A stretch of DNA of 64,000 bases from Octopus vulgaris (GCA_951406725.2 OX597831.1:26350001-26414000), one strand, 5' to 3'; positions 27,420-39,600 are shown, counted from the stretch's first letter. Translations and numbers: made by a program. Notes: generated from the letters alone by a model not told the origin.

Positions 27420-29820
27420 TTTCTATTCTCTTTAACAATATATAGCTCTTCGTCCTTCTCATCCTCACTTTCAAGACTTAACATTGTATTAAGGACCCCT
27501 GAGCCATTACATAATTCTTCTCATCACATTAATGCCACAAATAATACATAAGTATGGGAAAGTAAAAGAATCTCTAAACCAAATATTTGTTCCTTCCTCA
27601 TTTATGAGCAAGCAGAAAATAACTCTAGTTTCTGAGACAGTTTATTTTATCCACTCTTATTAGTAACCCAATATTCTTAAACACTTCTTTTATTAACCTC
27701 TTTCTCTCTTTTTCCCCCCACTAATCTGCATGTGTAGTATTTTACTGCTAATTTAATTTTTAATATAATATATTTTCCATTAAAAAATTTGCCACAACCT
27801 GATTCACTCAGCTTTCAATTAAAATGTACAAAGTTATAGCAATATTATTTGAGAATCATAAATATTCAGTGAGTCAGGTTTTGCATAAAGACAAAGTAAA
27901 CTAAATGATTTAATTACAGAACAGAGGTGATGTAAAGATTAACTGTATAATGTTCAGGAAATGTCTGTTTATCTTTCATAAAATCTGTGAAATCTAACTG
28001 TTTTAGAAGGTCAAACATCTTTTCATTACAGTAAAATATAAAAGTTGTGATAAAATTATGTTAATTGATCTTTTAAAAAGATTATACGACTAAATTTACT
28101 TTTCAAAACTATTGGAAATATTATAGGAAAATGTTATCAGTTAAAATAATGTAAAGTTACTGAATGAAATTATTAATGCAGTCTACTTGAAGCTGTATGC
28201 TATACGCTGAATACAAAATACTATTTCCCTACATAAGCACAAAGCTTAAGAATTATAATGGAAGCATAATATGGTGTTATTATAGCTAAGCCATTCACAA
28301 TGGTATTAACAATATAAGTGAACTGGTTTCAATCTGGAATTGAAACTGAGTCACAACTTATAGACTCAACTACAACATCAGATAATAATAAATTTGATTC
28401 ATTTCTCTGATTTCATTTTATTGTAAGATTCAAGACATTTCAGTGAATTTATTTTTATTAAATAAAATTATTCAATTTTCTTTATATTTTCTTTCGAGAC
28501 TGATTTAACAATAATTCATTAGATAATTTCCTAGGGAGGAATATTACTGAAGGAAAATCAATAACAGAAACCGTTTCTAAAGGACTGTACAACAATGATC
28601 TTTTGTAACATACTCTTGAGATATATCTATCAGATTACAAAGCTCATTCACATTGTTGCTGCTGACAAATTTATAACAACAACATCAACTACTACTACTA
28701 ATAATAATAATAATAACACCAGCAACAATGATCAGAAGTAATATTGGTAAAAATCAATGATAGCTAGACTAAATAACTTTTGCAATATAAGTTTTTGGTA
28801 TTGTGTTTAGTTCTGAATTGTTAATGTAAAATTTAAATGTTTCCTTCAGATATTTATTATATTTATTTACAGAGCTTAAATTCTATCTTATATCAATGTT
28901 AAATTGATTAAGAGAAATTTTTTGGTTGTTTTTGCATTTAAATTCAACTCAAAAAATTTTTTTCTTGACTTTATTTGTAGTTTTCAAAAGTTTGGCTTTC
29001 TGGTAAAAAAACAAAAATTTACAATAAAAAAGAATAATCTATACTGGTATCTATAATAATTTACTGCCAAAACATTTTGTTGTAGTAATCCAACATTTAT
29101 TTGAACCTTAAATCATTTTATAAATCTCAATAGCTAAGATATAAACTGAAATAAATAACAGTTATTGATATTGGCTAGAAATTTTAGCACAAGGCCAGCA
29201 ATTTCAGGGGAGAGAATAAGTCAATTACATCTACCCCAGTGCACAACTGGTACTTATTTTATCAACCCCCAAAAGGACGAAAGGTAAAGCTGACTTTGAC
29301 AGAATTTGAACTCAGAACATAAAGACAGATGAAAGCTGTTAAGCATTTCGTCCAATGTGCTAATGAGTCTCCCATCTTGCCACCTTATAACTGCTACTGA
29401 TATTTACAGCAAATAGTAAACACAGTTAATCACTTACAAAATTAAGCAATAACATAAGTTTGATTCTTATAGTGAGTGATACCACATTTTTAACATTCTA
29501 GAGACAGCCATAAACATCACCACCTCATTTTCAAAAAGAAGAAACATTTCATTTTGCAATTGTGAATATTTTCTTTAATTCTATCTAGCCAACCTCCTTT
29601 TTCAATTCTTCCTCAAATCTAACAACTCTATCATTTCCTATTTTATATTCTGTTCCTATTTCTCTTGCCATCTCTTTCATCAACTACTGATTGGGCTTTA
29701 CTATTCTCTTTAACAATGTATGCCTCTTCATCCTTCTCATCTTCACTTCCAAGACTTAATGACATCGTATTAAAGCCTCTGAGATATGACAATTCTTCTC
29801 ATCACATTAATGATACAAAT
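27420..29820. repeat. Two diverged direct copies of a ~120-bp segment (27420-27545 and 29700-29820), probably LINE-derived
   Basis: CTATTCTCTTTAACAAT...CAAGACTTAA...AATTCTTCTCATCACATTAATG occurs in both. Confidence 0.6.
29180..29385 (-). mobile_element. SINE family A, diverged (other old copies near 9841-9990, 23331-23410, 47851-48000, 62555-62727, 63920-64000)
   Basis: Motifs ACTGGTACTTATTTTATC, GAATTTGAACTCAGAAC and AAGCATTTCGTCC. Confidence 0.7.
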
Positions 29821-29878
29821 ATTACTTATGAGGAAATAAAATGGTATATAACATAGTATAATTTCTGCAGGATAATGT

Positions 29879-29881
<3 letters not shown>

Positions 29882-29954
<73 letters not shown>
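29882..29954. repeat. (GA)n microsatellite
   Basis: Directly visible. Confidence 0.95.
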
Positions 29955-29959
<5 letters not shown>

Positions 29960-30685
29960 GAAGCAGTTATATTACTGCAGAATGTAAATTCCCTAGATTC
30001 AGGAGAAACAGGCATAACTGGATGTAATGTATATAAAGAATTTAAAGGATGTTGTACTAAATGAAGTATGAGAAAAACAAAAACCCAGCAGTAATTGTTA
30101 GTGACCCCCACTTCTAAAGAAAAGGGGAGACAATCATAGCTTGTCAAGAATTCATAAAATTAATTCATATGCTTCAGGAATAATCTTCGTTTTCAGGCAA
30201 GGTGACACAGCTACAAACATATTTGGATTTTATTGGACATTGCCAGTGAAACAAGCCTGCTAATCAAGGGATCTTACATTTATACATTTTATTTAATTTA
30301 AATATTGAAGACAGATTTCATTGGAGTCTATAATCTGGTTTGGAATTCTACTTCAATGTATCATTAATATTGTTACTGTTAGAGAAAATTGACATGGTTA
30401 TCACTACTTGCATTTTTTGCAACAAACACAGAAGGCAAGTGGTCTTAATTAATAAAAATAGCCAGCACGATACAATTTTTTTTCAGTGCTCTTAATTAAA
30501 AAAAAATGTACTTCTTGGTTTTGATCATGATCAGAACATGAGGATTGTAATGATTTTGCGTGTGTAGGAATCATATAAAAATTATATGTGTGACTCTGTG
30601 TAGAATTGTGAGTGTAACATAATATAAAGCTTTTACTGTTTCTTAATATTCTAACCATTCCTACTTTTTTTTTTATCTTATCCAG

Positions 30686-30756
30686 ATTCCAGCAATTATG
30701 CACATTATGTATTCAATGCATTTGACCATGACCATAGTGGCTCAGTTAATTTTGAG
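30686..30756 (+). CDS. KCNIP: KChIP internal exon, EF-hand 2
   Basis: tccag acceptor and GAG|gtaaga donor. The 71 nt (phase 1 to 0) encode (D)SSNYAHYVFNAFDHDHSGSVNFE and are in frame with both neighbours. Same size as the vertebrate exon. Confidence 0.96.
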
Positions 30757-30833
30757 GTAAGATTTACATCTTATAAATACATCCAATATGTTTTCCTTTA
30801 ACTTGCTACATTCCCTACCACTGCTAACAGACG

Positions 30834-30867
<34 letters not shown>

Positions 30868-31536
30868 TACGTGTGCACCATGGTGGAGAAAAAGTTTGGG
30901 ATGGATTTAAGACACTGTTTTCTTCTGTAAAACTTGGTTTCACGGCACGTGGAAAAAGGATGAAAGTTATTTTGGGAGTTAATCTGCAACAATTATTTTC
31001 TATTTCGTTAGTGACGGAAACACTCATCTCTTTCAGCTTACAGGTTAAGTAGTATCTAATTTAGTAAAGGTGAGTGGTGCACAGTAGAGTTAATCACTCA
31101 ATAATTGCTAATTACATTACTAATGACCTTGAGAAAGAATGAATATCACAATTCTCAGATAATTATCCTCTTAAATCAATATTACTAGTTTGTATTTAAC
31201 AGCTGATGTTAAAAGTGAAATATTTATTATCACATATATTTGGAGCTGACTTGTAATTCAACACAAATGTGTCTGTCTATATATTGTTTACATTTTATCC
31301 AGTCTGTGTTTCTAACTTCCATGTTGTAACATTCATAAAATGAACATAAACTACTAAATGTCATAAGATCAAATATAGGCACAGGAGTGGCTGTGTGGTA
31401 AGTAGCTTGTTTACCAACCACATGGTTCTGGGTTCAGGCCCCCTGCATGATACTTTGAGCAAGTATCTTCTACTACTCGGGCTGACCAAAGCCTTGTGAG
31501 TGGATTTGGTTGACGGAAACTGAAAGAAGCCCATCG

Positions 31537-31580
<44 letters not shown>

Positions 31581-31585
<5 letters not shown>

Positions 31586-32680
31586 GAAAGAATGGAGTCG
31601 AACGAAGATGTTAACAAAATTCCTTTACTCTCGACACATGTTTTCATTCCAAAGGAATAAAGGGTGCATTATGCAATCTTCTCATCAGGAAAGAAAGGGA
31701 GCCTCTCTCGACAACAAGACAAACAAAAATTTCGATGATTGCCTACATGATTGCCGACATAGCACAGGGCTAAGTAAATTAGTTTGGCATCTTAAAGACA
31801 ACAATATAATTTTCGAGTTAGATTGGTTCATACTGTCTGTATCCTAGGTTCCCCTAGTACACACACTCATAGAAAAATCATATAAATGTAAACACTGGCA
31901 GAAACACACTTTCTACTCATATAAATGATAACGATAGTCCCTGTGGTTTGAACAATTAGCTTTACGTCAAACCCACTGCTATAGAGAAATTCTTTCCTAA
32001 GCCTTCGAAAATTCTTTCAATCAACGTACCCTTCCCTCTCCACTTGTTCCCTACCTATTATTCCTTTATACCTTCTCTTCCTACTATCTATCTTTGACGT
32101 CTGTCTCTCTCTCACACACACAATCACACACACAGACACAATTGCAGTTATACACACACACATACACACACACAAACACATGCACTCATTAACACAAGCA
32201 CACACCCACACATTTCCATGCATACAGCAAACATACTGTTCCCTACCTATTATTACTTTATCCCTTCTCTTCCTACTATCTATTTTTGACGTCAATTCTT
32301 CTAACGGTTTTTTTAAAAAAACACTCATTATCACTTTGTTTACCATGGAGGTAATCATCGAAATTTTTGTTTGTCTTGTTGTCGAGAGAGGCTCCCTTTC
32401 TTTCCTGATGAGAAGATTGCATAATGCACCCTTTATTCCTTTGGAATGAAAACATGCTGTCTTCGAAACATGTGTCGAGAGTAAAGGAATTTTGTTAACA
32501 TCTTCGTTCAACTCCATTCTTTCATTTATACATATACAACACACAAATTTCTACTCATGAACCCGGAACTCGAAAATACCCTTGACAGGTCGCTTCAACC
32601 GTGTTTCTGACGTGAATTTGCTACCCAGGTTTCGGTTAAACGAATTTTCCAAGCTGACGATAAACATAGGATAATTCATT
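31581..32680. mobile_element. Penelope-like retroelement relic with inverted terminal repeats, inserted in a SINE
   Basis: Inverted repeat 31581-31749 / 32344-32528. The internal peptide HSTGLSKLVWHLKDNNIIFELDWFILS resembles the GIY-YIG region of Penelope-like elements. Carries a hammerhead motif and sits in the (TA)n of a SINE split into 31377-31540 and 32760-32950. Confidence 0.65.
32395..32487 (+). ncRNA. Type I hammerhead ribozyme in a Penelope-like element terminal repeat
   Basis: Stem I CCTTT-CTTTC / GAGAG-T-AAAGG; core CTGATGA at 32405-32411; stem II GAAGA/TCTTC; GAAAC at 32465; minimal stem III containing palindromic ACATGT; GTC cleavage triplet ending at 32476. Confidence 0.75.
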
Positions 32681-32688
32681 CACCTACT

Positions 32689-32763
<75 letters not shown>

Positions 32764-34299
32764 TTGTGTGTCTGTGTTTGTCCCCCCAACATTGCTTGAC
32801 AACCGATGCTGGTGTGTTACATCCCTGTAACTTAGTGGTTCGGCAAAAGAGACCAATAGAATAAGTACTAGGCTTACAAAGAATAAGTCTTGGGGTCGAT
32901 TTGCTCGACTAAAAAGGTGGTGCTCCAGCATGGCCACAGTCTGGAACAAGTAGAACTTTAGAAAAAAAAGAAATCCTTTACAAGTCTGTCCTTTACAGGT
33001 TGTAGTAAATGTGCAACAAGATGGATTTACCATATATATACACACATACAAGGACACATATGGAGACATGGATCCACACATATAGAAATGCACATCCATC
33101 CACATACAAACATGGTACATAGTTGCAAAACACACACATACACAAGGAGAAAGAGGTGCATACATATACAAACACGCACTCACACACATACATAGAAAAT
33201 ACACAAACACGGACATGCAAGCACATGAATATACAGGATACAGATGCACACACACATATATACATGCACACATACATACACACATACGTGCATGCACAGG
33301 CACACACACACACGCAGACTATTGAAAATTTTAGGAAAGATATAAGTGGAAATTTTAACGGTGAGCGCGTTGAATTATAAGGCACAAAAAGAAAATGATT
33401 CTACCCAGACACAACAGGAACTTTAAATATTCTTTAAGTAGACTCAGAGAAGATGATGTGATAGAAATATACTTTGAAAACAAACTGGCCTATTGATGTG
33501 TTGCATTAGGATTCGTAGAGACAATAACCAATTACACATATCGAGTCTAATTGATAAACATACAAATAATTACTGACAACATGCATTATGATTGTGTTTC
33601 TAAGTTTAAAAAAATTTCATATCAAATAAATTAACATCATTAACATCAGAGTAACAACAATATTAATAATGAAATAATATATTTAATTTTGGTGCCATAT
33701 AGAGCTGTTTTTTTTTTTTTTAAACATTCTGCGAGAAATAAATTAAATTCTGAAAATATTGACCTTTTCATGATGTGTCAGAGATGATGCTTTTACTTAA
33801 ATGTAAAGCAATAATTCAGAACTGTGTCACAAGAACTGTGCCCTATCAAGACTACGAAAATTGAGGTGTAGGTTAAACCCCAGTGCAATACATTAACATT
33901 ATTTCTAAATTACGAATTTATTATTATATGTAAAACTAATGAGTTTTCCCTAATATTATTATATATATATATTAGTCCAACCCATGCTAGCATGGAAAGC
34001 GGACGTTAAATGATGATGATGATGATTTTATTTTCTCTTTGTTTCTTTCTGTGGAAAAGCATAGGCTCAAAACATTAAAGACTTTATCACTTTCCGAGCA
34101 TTATACTAACACATCTGTTTGTTGTCTACACCACCTGTCTTCATCTTTTGTTTGTTTTTTTTTGTGAATTCTCCCCTATATATATATATATATACATGGA
34201 CATCATTATTTAAGTCTACATTTTCCATGCATTAGACGGGACCCATTGAGGTAACAGCCATCACACCTGCCCTTCATGCCACCAATCAGTACTTGTTTT

Positions 34300-34615
34300 C
34301 TCAGTGGTTAGAGTATCAGGCTCACAACCATGAGGTAGTGAGTTCGATTACCAGACCAGGCTGTGTGTTGTGTCCTTGAACAAGACACTTTCTTTCACGT
34401 TGCTCCAGTTCACACAGCTTTAGAAATGGGTTGCAATGTCAATGGAGCCAAGCTGTATTGGCCTGTACCCATCTCCTTAGATAACACTGATGGTGTAGAG
34501 AGGAGAGGCTGATATGCATGGGCAACTGCTGGTCTTCCATAAACAACCTTGTCTGGACTTGTGCTTTGTAGGATAACTTTCTAGGCGCAATCCCGTAGTC
34601 ATTTATGACTGAAGT
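34300..34615 (+). mobile_element. tRNA-derived SINE (family D)
   Basis: A-box-like CTCAGTGGTTAGAG, B-box-like GAGTTCGATTACC and CORE-like TGTGTCCTTGAACAAGACACTT. Confidence 0.7.
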
Positions 34616-34639
34616 CGGTCTAACCACACATGTGCTGTT

Positions 34640-34812
34640 GGCGATTTCTTTTCCTTCTTTGGACTTTCCCTTCTCCTTTCTGATGAAGAGCTATACTCAA
34701 AATGTCAAACTTTCTCCTTTCATCAAGCATCAAGCTAATAGATTCTTTGTGCATGTTCTGTTGTTGTCTGTTAATTTTATTATTCAATTTTTAATTAATT
34801 GTTTATTTGAAT

Positions 34813-34853
<41 letters not shown>

Positions 34854-35060
34854 GCATACATATATATGTATATATATATGCAATTAATAAAAAAAACTGG
34901 AGAAATAAAAACAAGAAAAAAATAACAACATGGTACATGTAAAGTATTAATAAGACACTCAGAAAACGAAAGAAAGTGTGGTTGTTTTATGTTTTGAGCA
35001 AAGCTCTTCTTCAGAAACAGGAGACAGAGGAAAGTCCAAGAAAAAAGGAAGAAGAAGGAA
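34640..35060. repeat. Diverged inverted pair around (TA)n with decayed hammerhead-like motifs
   Basis: CTGATGAAGAGCTATACTCAAAATGTC (+, 34680) and CTGAAGAAGAGCTTTGCTCAAAACATA (-, ~35014). Confidence 0.6.
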
Positions 35061-35207
35061 ATATAGACACTTAAATATACATGCACATGCACATGTGAAA
35101 AACAAAGCAAATGTTCCAAAATGAACTGTAATGCATAAATCATTAATTTTTATTAATGATTAAACATTTGTTCATGCATACAAATTTCTTTCTTTTATAC
35201 TTTACAG

Positions 35208-35420
35208 GAATTTGTCATGGGGCTTTCAGTATTATCTCGAGGCACATTGCAAGAAAGACTTCAATGGGCGTTTAATCTCTATGATATAAATGGAGATGGG
35301 ATAATTACAAAAGACGAAATGATGGATATAGTATCTGCAATATATGAAATGATGGGCCGTTTTACTGAGCCTTCTGTGGATGAAAATACGGCAAGAGAGC
35401 ATGTTGACAGGGTTTTTTCA
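35208..35420 (+). CDS. KCNIP: KChIP internal exon, EF-hand 3 and linker
   Basis: ttacag acceptor and TCA|gtaagt donor. The 213 nt encode EFVMGLSVLSRGTLQERLQWAFNLYDINGDGIITKDEMMDIVSAIYEMMGRFTEPSVDENTAREHVDRVFS, with canonical EF loop DINGDGIITKDE. Confidence 0.97.
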
Positions 35421-35595
35421 GTAAGTACCCATTTATGAGTTATTTGCAGCTGTAAGAAAGTAAACAAATATGTAACACAAAAAAAAAAGCAACAAAAAAA
35501 AATTCTTTCTGGTTCTGTACATACAGACATCAGTTATAGAGAAACTCAACCATTTCCTCTCTCACATTCAACATTATTGGTTTGGTCTTCCTGAA

Positions 35596-35826
35596 GGTGG
35601 CGAGCTGGCAGAATCGGTAGCACGCCGGACGAAATGCGCAGCCATATTTCGTCTGCCGTTACATTCTGAGTTCAAATTCCGCCGAGGTCGACTTTGCCTT
35701 TCATCCTTTCGGGGTCGATAAATTAAGTACCAGTTACGCACTGGGGTCAATATAATCAACTTAATCCATTTGTCTGTCCTTGTTTGTCCCCTCTATGTTT
35801 AGCCCCTTGTGGGTAGTAAAGAAACA
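35596..35826 (+). mobile_element. SINE family A, full length
   Basis: Near-identical to 11139-11370. Confidence 0.9.
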
Positions 35827-36310
35827 GGTGGTAAGGCTGGCCATCAAGTATCTTTTTTTTTCACTCTGTCTTCTTGCTTTCTTCCAGTCTCATGGGTGTC
35901 TCTATGTGCTCCAGGTTTTGTCTTTGTAGATGATATCAAATTAACTTAGCCTGTTGTTTCTAATGTTGTTAAGAAGCTTTCTGGTGGTCTATACTATCTA
36001 AGAAATTTGATGCTTGTCACTGTCTGTACCTAATAAGACACTTTTAGTATTCATCTGAGGAACCACGTCTCTACAGCATTGATAATACATTTGCACTTGT
36101 TAACTGATGTTCACACAATCATATGTAAAGATGAATACAATGTATTACCCCCTAGGAATGCAGCTACATATTTTACATTTTGAATTCAAAGCCCATTACA
36201 ATCAACTTTTGGCAAATATAGAAAACTGGCCACTTGTGTATGCCATGTTTTTTTTTTTTATGACTAAATGTCATTTCCATCACCAACCACTTCATAGCAT
36301 AGACAGAGTG

Positions 36311-36474
36311 ACTTATTTCTTTATTGCCCACAAGGGGCTAAACATAAAGGGGACAAACAATGAGACAAAGGGGTGAAGTCGATTATATCGACCCTAGTGC
36401 ATAACTGGTACTTAATTTATCGACCCCAAAAGGATGAAAGGCAAAGTCGACCTCAGCAGAATTTGAACTCAGAA
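36311..36474 (-). mobile_element. SINE family A, 5'-truncated
   Basis: Reverse complement of the family A body and tail. Confidence 0.85.
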
Positions 36475-37867
36475 CCAGATGGCAGGGGCTAGGTTTTCTT
36501 TTTAGAGTTGTTCTTCCAGCTAAGTCCCCTGCCCTGCGAATAAATGAAGCTATGCAGCCTACATGTCCTCCATTCATGCCTTCCATTTTATGGCATGATA
36601 TCTACTATTGGATAACATTCCTATCACCAACCACTTTACAGCATGAACCAAGATGTTTTATTCCATAAGTTCCAGGCATAACATGTGGTAGAGGAAATAC
36701 CATTTTTTCTCCATATCTATTTCTCCATAAGGGAAATACCTATTTCTCCATGTGCATTTCCAGCATCTATGTTGGAAATGCACATGTGAATAGAAGAGAG
36801 AGAGGTGGGTTACAATACACAACAGCATTTTATTGATCAGCGGTTAAAGTGGTTTTTTGTTGTTTGTTTTGGATTTTTTTTTTGTGTGTATTGACAAACA
36901 AATTGTGTCCTGGATGTAACTTGCAAAAGTTTGCTTTGAAATACATTCAGTACAAAAAAGCAAAGTTCTCTAAAAATGTTAATCTTCAGACACTGGTTAA
37001 TATCGAAAACAAATGCTACATTTGTAAAAATGAAATTGAGAAAGCATACAAACTCAAACTGTAATTTCAGCTGATATTATTGGCCTTTGGTTTTCGTACC
37101 AACCTTTTCACAATCAGATGTGTATTTTACCAAATAGAATTTACCATATTCTGATCTGATTATACCATTTTGAGTTGTTTCAATGAGGCGAAAGTGTTTT
37201 GTTCTTCATAATTATTTTGAATTGTTGCCATTTTTTCCTTCAGAGAATCTGTATTGGCTCTAATTTGTTCTTATGGACAATTAGCAATAACAAATGACAG
37301 AAACTTATTTTTTTGAAATAGCAATGAATTCGTCCTGATTTGTAACAAGTTCCTTCATCTGCAAGGTTTTCCGCCAGACAGCATTTTTCACATCACTACC
37401 ATTCCATCATTCTCACCTCTTCCTTGTGATGTAGCAAAATAATTCCAGTTAGCTGAAGCACCATGATTTCTTTGATGAAATGGCAAATTTGTGAATGCAC
37501 ACTGGTTTTTGAATTGGCTGAAAGGTCTGATGAGCCTTTGCAGTGCCAACCACTTTACTACACAGATTGTTGATTACAAACTTATTGCAGAAAAAGACCC
37601 TATTCTTGATGTGTCCTAAATCACTCTGAGGGATCAAAGAGAGAAAATAAGATATGAGAATATGATATTTTCCCTCTAGAAATTATAACTTGAAAACCAT
37701 GAAAGTTATTCCAAGTCTCTTTTATGTCCCCTTTATTTGTCCCTTTTTAATGTTAGGACCAAAGTCTGTTATGATAATCAATACTTCAAACATGATGATG
37801 ATATTTACCTTTGATTATTTTTTTTTTATGTGATTCTTATTTCTTTCTTTTTGTGTTTGTTTTAAAG

Positions 37868-37930
37868 AAAATGGATCTAAATAAAGATGGTGTTATATCA
37901 CTCGAAGAATTTATGGATACATGTCGGACA
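37868..37930 (+). CDS. KCNIP: KChIP internal exon, EF-hand 4
   Basis: T-rich tract + aag acceptor and ACA|gtaagt donor. The 63 nt encode KMDLNKDGVISLEEFMDTCRT, with canonical EF loop DLNKDGVISLEE. Confidence 0.96.
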
Positions 37931-38039
37931 GTAAGTAACAAACATAAGATTTTTTTACTCAAAAACAACTTTCAAATGTCAACTTCATTCTCTTATATTT
38001 CAATTTATATACTATTTTCATCTTTTTGTTACTAACATT

Positions 38040-38362
38040 TGGCTTAGTAACAAATGCAGCCTTCTCTCTTGCCTCCCTTTTCGTCCTTTTCAAGCCTAGG
38101 TTTCCCAGATTCTGTGGCGTATGTGTTCCCCCCAGCCGGACGGAACGCCAGTCCATCGCAGTTTTACTCAAGAAACAGGAAGAAAGAGTGAGAGAAAGTT
38201 GTGGCGAAAGAGTATAACAGGGGTCCCCCCCCCCCGCCAGGCGGAGCTTCATGGAGCTTTAGGTGTTTTTGCTCAATAAACACACACAATGCCTGGTCTG
38301 GGAATTGAAACAGCAATCCTCCAACCGCGAGTCCGCTGCCCTAACCACTGGGCCATTGTGCC
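38040..38362 (-). mobile_element. tRNA-derived SINE (family E)
   Basis: Minus-strand head TGGCCCAGTGGTTAGGGCAGCGGACTCGCGG...GTTTCAATTCCC followed by a GC-rich body. Confidence 0.7.
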
Positions 38363-38403
38363 ACTACTTCTCTCTTGCACACTACACTTGATCCATACAT
38401 ATA

Positions 38404-38810
38404 TACAAAGGGGTGCTGAAAAGTTCCTGGCTTTAACCCTTGACCATATCAGGTCAAAATATTCTCCCTGTTTCGTGTTCAAACATGGCCAGATCCAGCC
38501 TTTCACACCAGCCTTACAATGTCATTCAAAAAAATAAACAATCACATCATCAAAATCTCAAAGCTAAAAAATAATGATTAGTTGAAAATAGTTTGGATAA
38601 ATAAACATTACATTTGACAGAGTAATCCGATTGCTAAAAGGTCAAGGGTATTACAAATGGGCCTCCAACCATGTCTAACCTTTTGAGTTCTTTTACAGGG
38701 TTTAGAAAAACTGAAGGACTGCTGCAATAAGTGTGTAAATCTGAGAGGAGAACATGTTGAATAAAACAATATTTAATCCAAAACCAGGAACTTTTCAACA
38801 CCCTCTCGTA
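38404..38810 (+). mobile_element. Non-autonomous mariner element with a nested TTAA MITE (38433-38645)
   Basis: TA-bounded TIRs TACAAAGGGGTGCTGAAAAGTTCCTGG / CCAGGAACTTTTCAACACCCTCTCGTA. Residual transposase C-terminus GLEKLKDCCNKCVNLRGEHVE*. Confidence 0.8.
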
Positions 38811-39546
38811 TACTTGAACACACTTACTAAATAGTCACACTGATTCTTATACCAACCAAATTTCTGAAGCAAAAACCTAAACAGTTTAAGAGAAATTTGT
38901 TTTGACAGACGGGAGTCCTCTGGCTGTTTATTGTTGCCAAACAATATTCACCAACCACACCATTCTGTAAGGTGATAACACTTCTACATGGGGTCTTGAC
39001 CTACTGAAAAAAACAACTAAATGCATCAAGAACAACACTATCCAAAATATTATCGCAAAAATGAAAAGCTGTTTGCTCAATTGGAATGCCTTTCATCAGA
39101 GATCTATTTGCTCAAAGCTAAACTGAGCTGAACAATAAGTTTACTTTGAGACAATAATGCAAGGTTTTTGCATAGCAGATTGACTTGCTAAACATAGCAA
39201 CCAAATTTCACTCAAATTGCATCCTACCATCTTAAATCAGGAATGGGCACATTAAATGATGTAAACTTAATATAAAAAAGAATACTCTATTTTATACACG
39301 CACACACACACACACACATACATACACACACACATGCAACATACACAAGGAGCAAAGCCTCGAAGAGGACAGTGATTCTCCTCATGTAGATATAATGGTA
39401 ACACTCAGAATTATATTAGTGAAATTCATCTATAAAATTACACACACACATCTTTGGGTTGGGGGTTATTTTCTTTGATTTTTCTTTGTTTCAATTCTAA
39501 ATATATTATTGTTTTTTTTCTTTTTCTTCTTTTGTTTTCTTGCCAG

Positions 39547-39600
39547 GACCCAGTTGTAGTTCAGTCTCTTGCAGTTCTTGATACTGAAATTATGATATGA
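39547..39600 (+). CDS. KCNIP: KChIP alternative (proximal) terminal coding exon, variant C-terminal helix
   Basis: Very long polypyrimidine tract + ccag acceptor. Phase 0, encodes DPVVVQSLAVLDTEIMI*, which aligns with the distal exon DENITKGMAIFDTVL*. AATAAA occurs at 39716 and 39818. Confidence 0.75.
   Translation, partial: DPVVVQSLAVLDTEIMI

Larger units (their letters stand above)
31377..32950 (+). mobile_element. SINE family B split by the Penelope-like insertion
   Basis: Head at 31377-31540 and tail at 32760-32950 are colinear with intact copies. Confidence 0.8.

Noticed and set aside
30197-30201. ttttcag-GCAAG-gtgac 5-nt microexon pattern
   Set aside because: It would shift the frame, has a weak donor and is probably chance.
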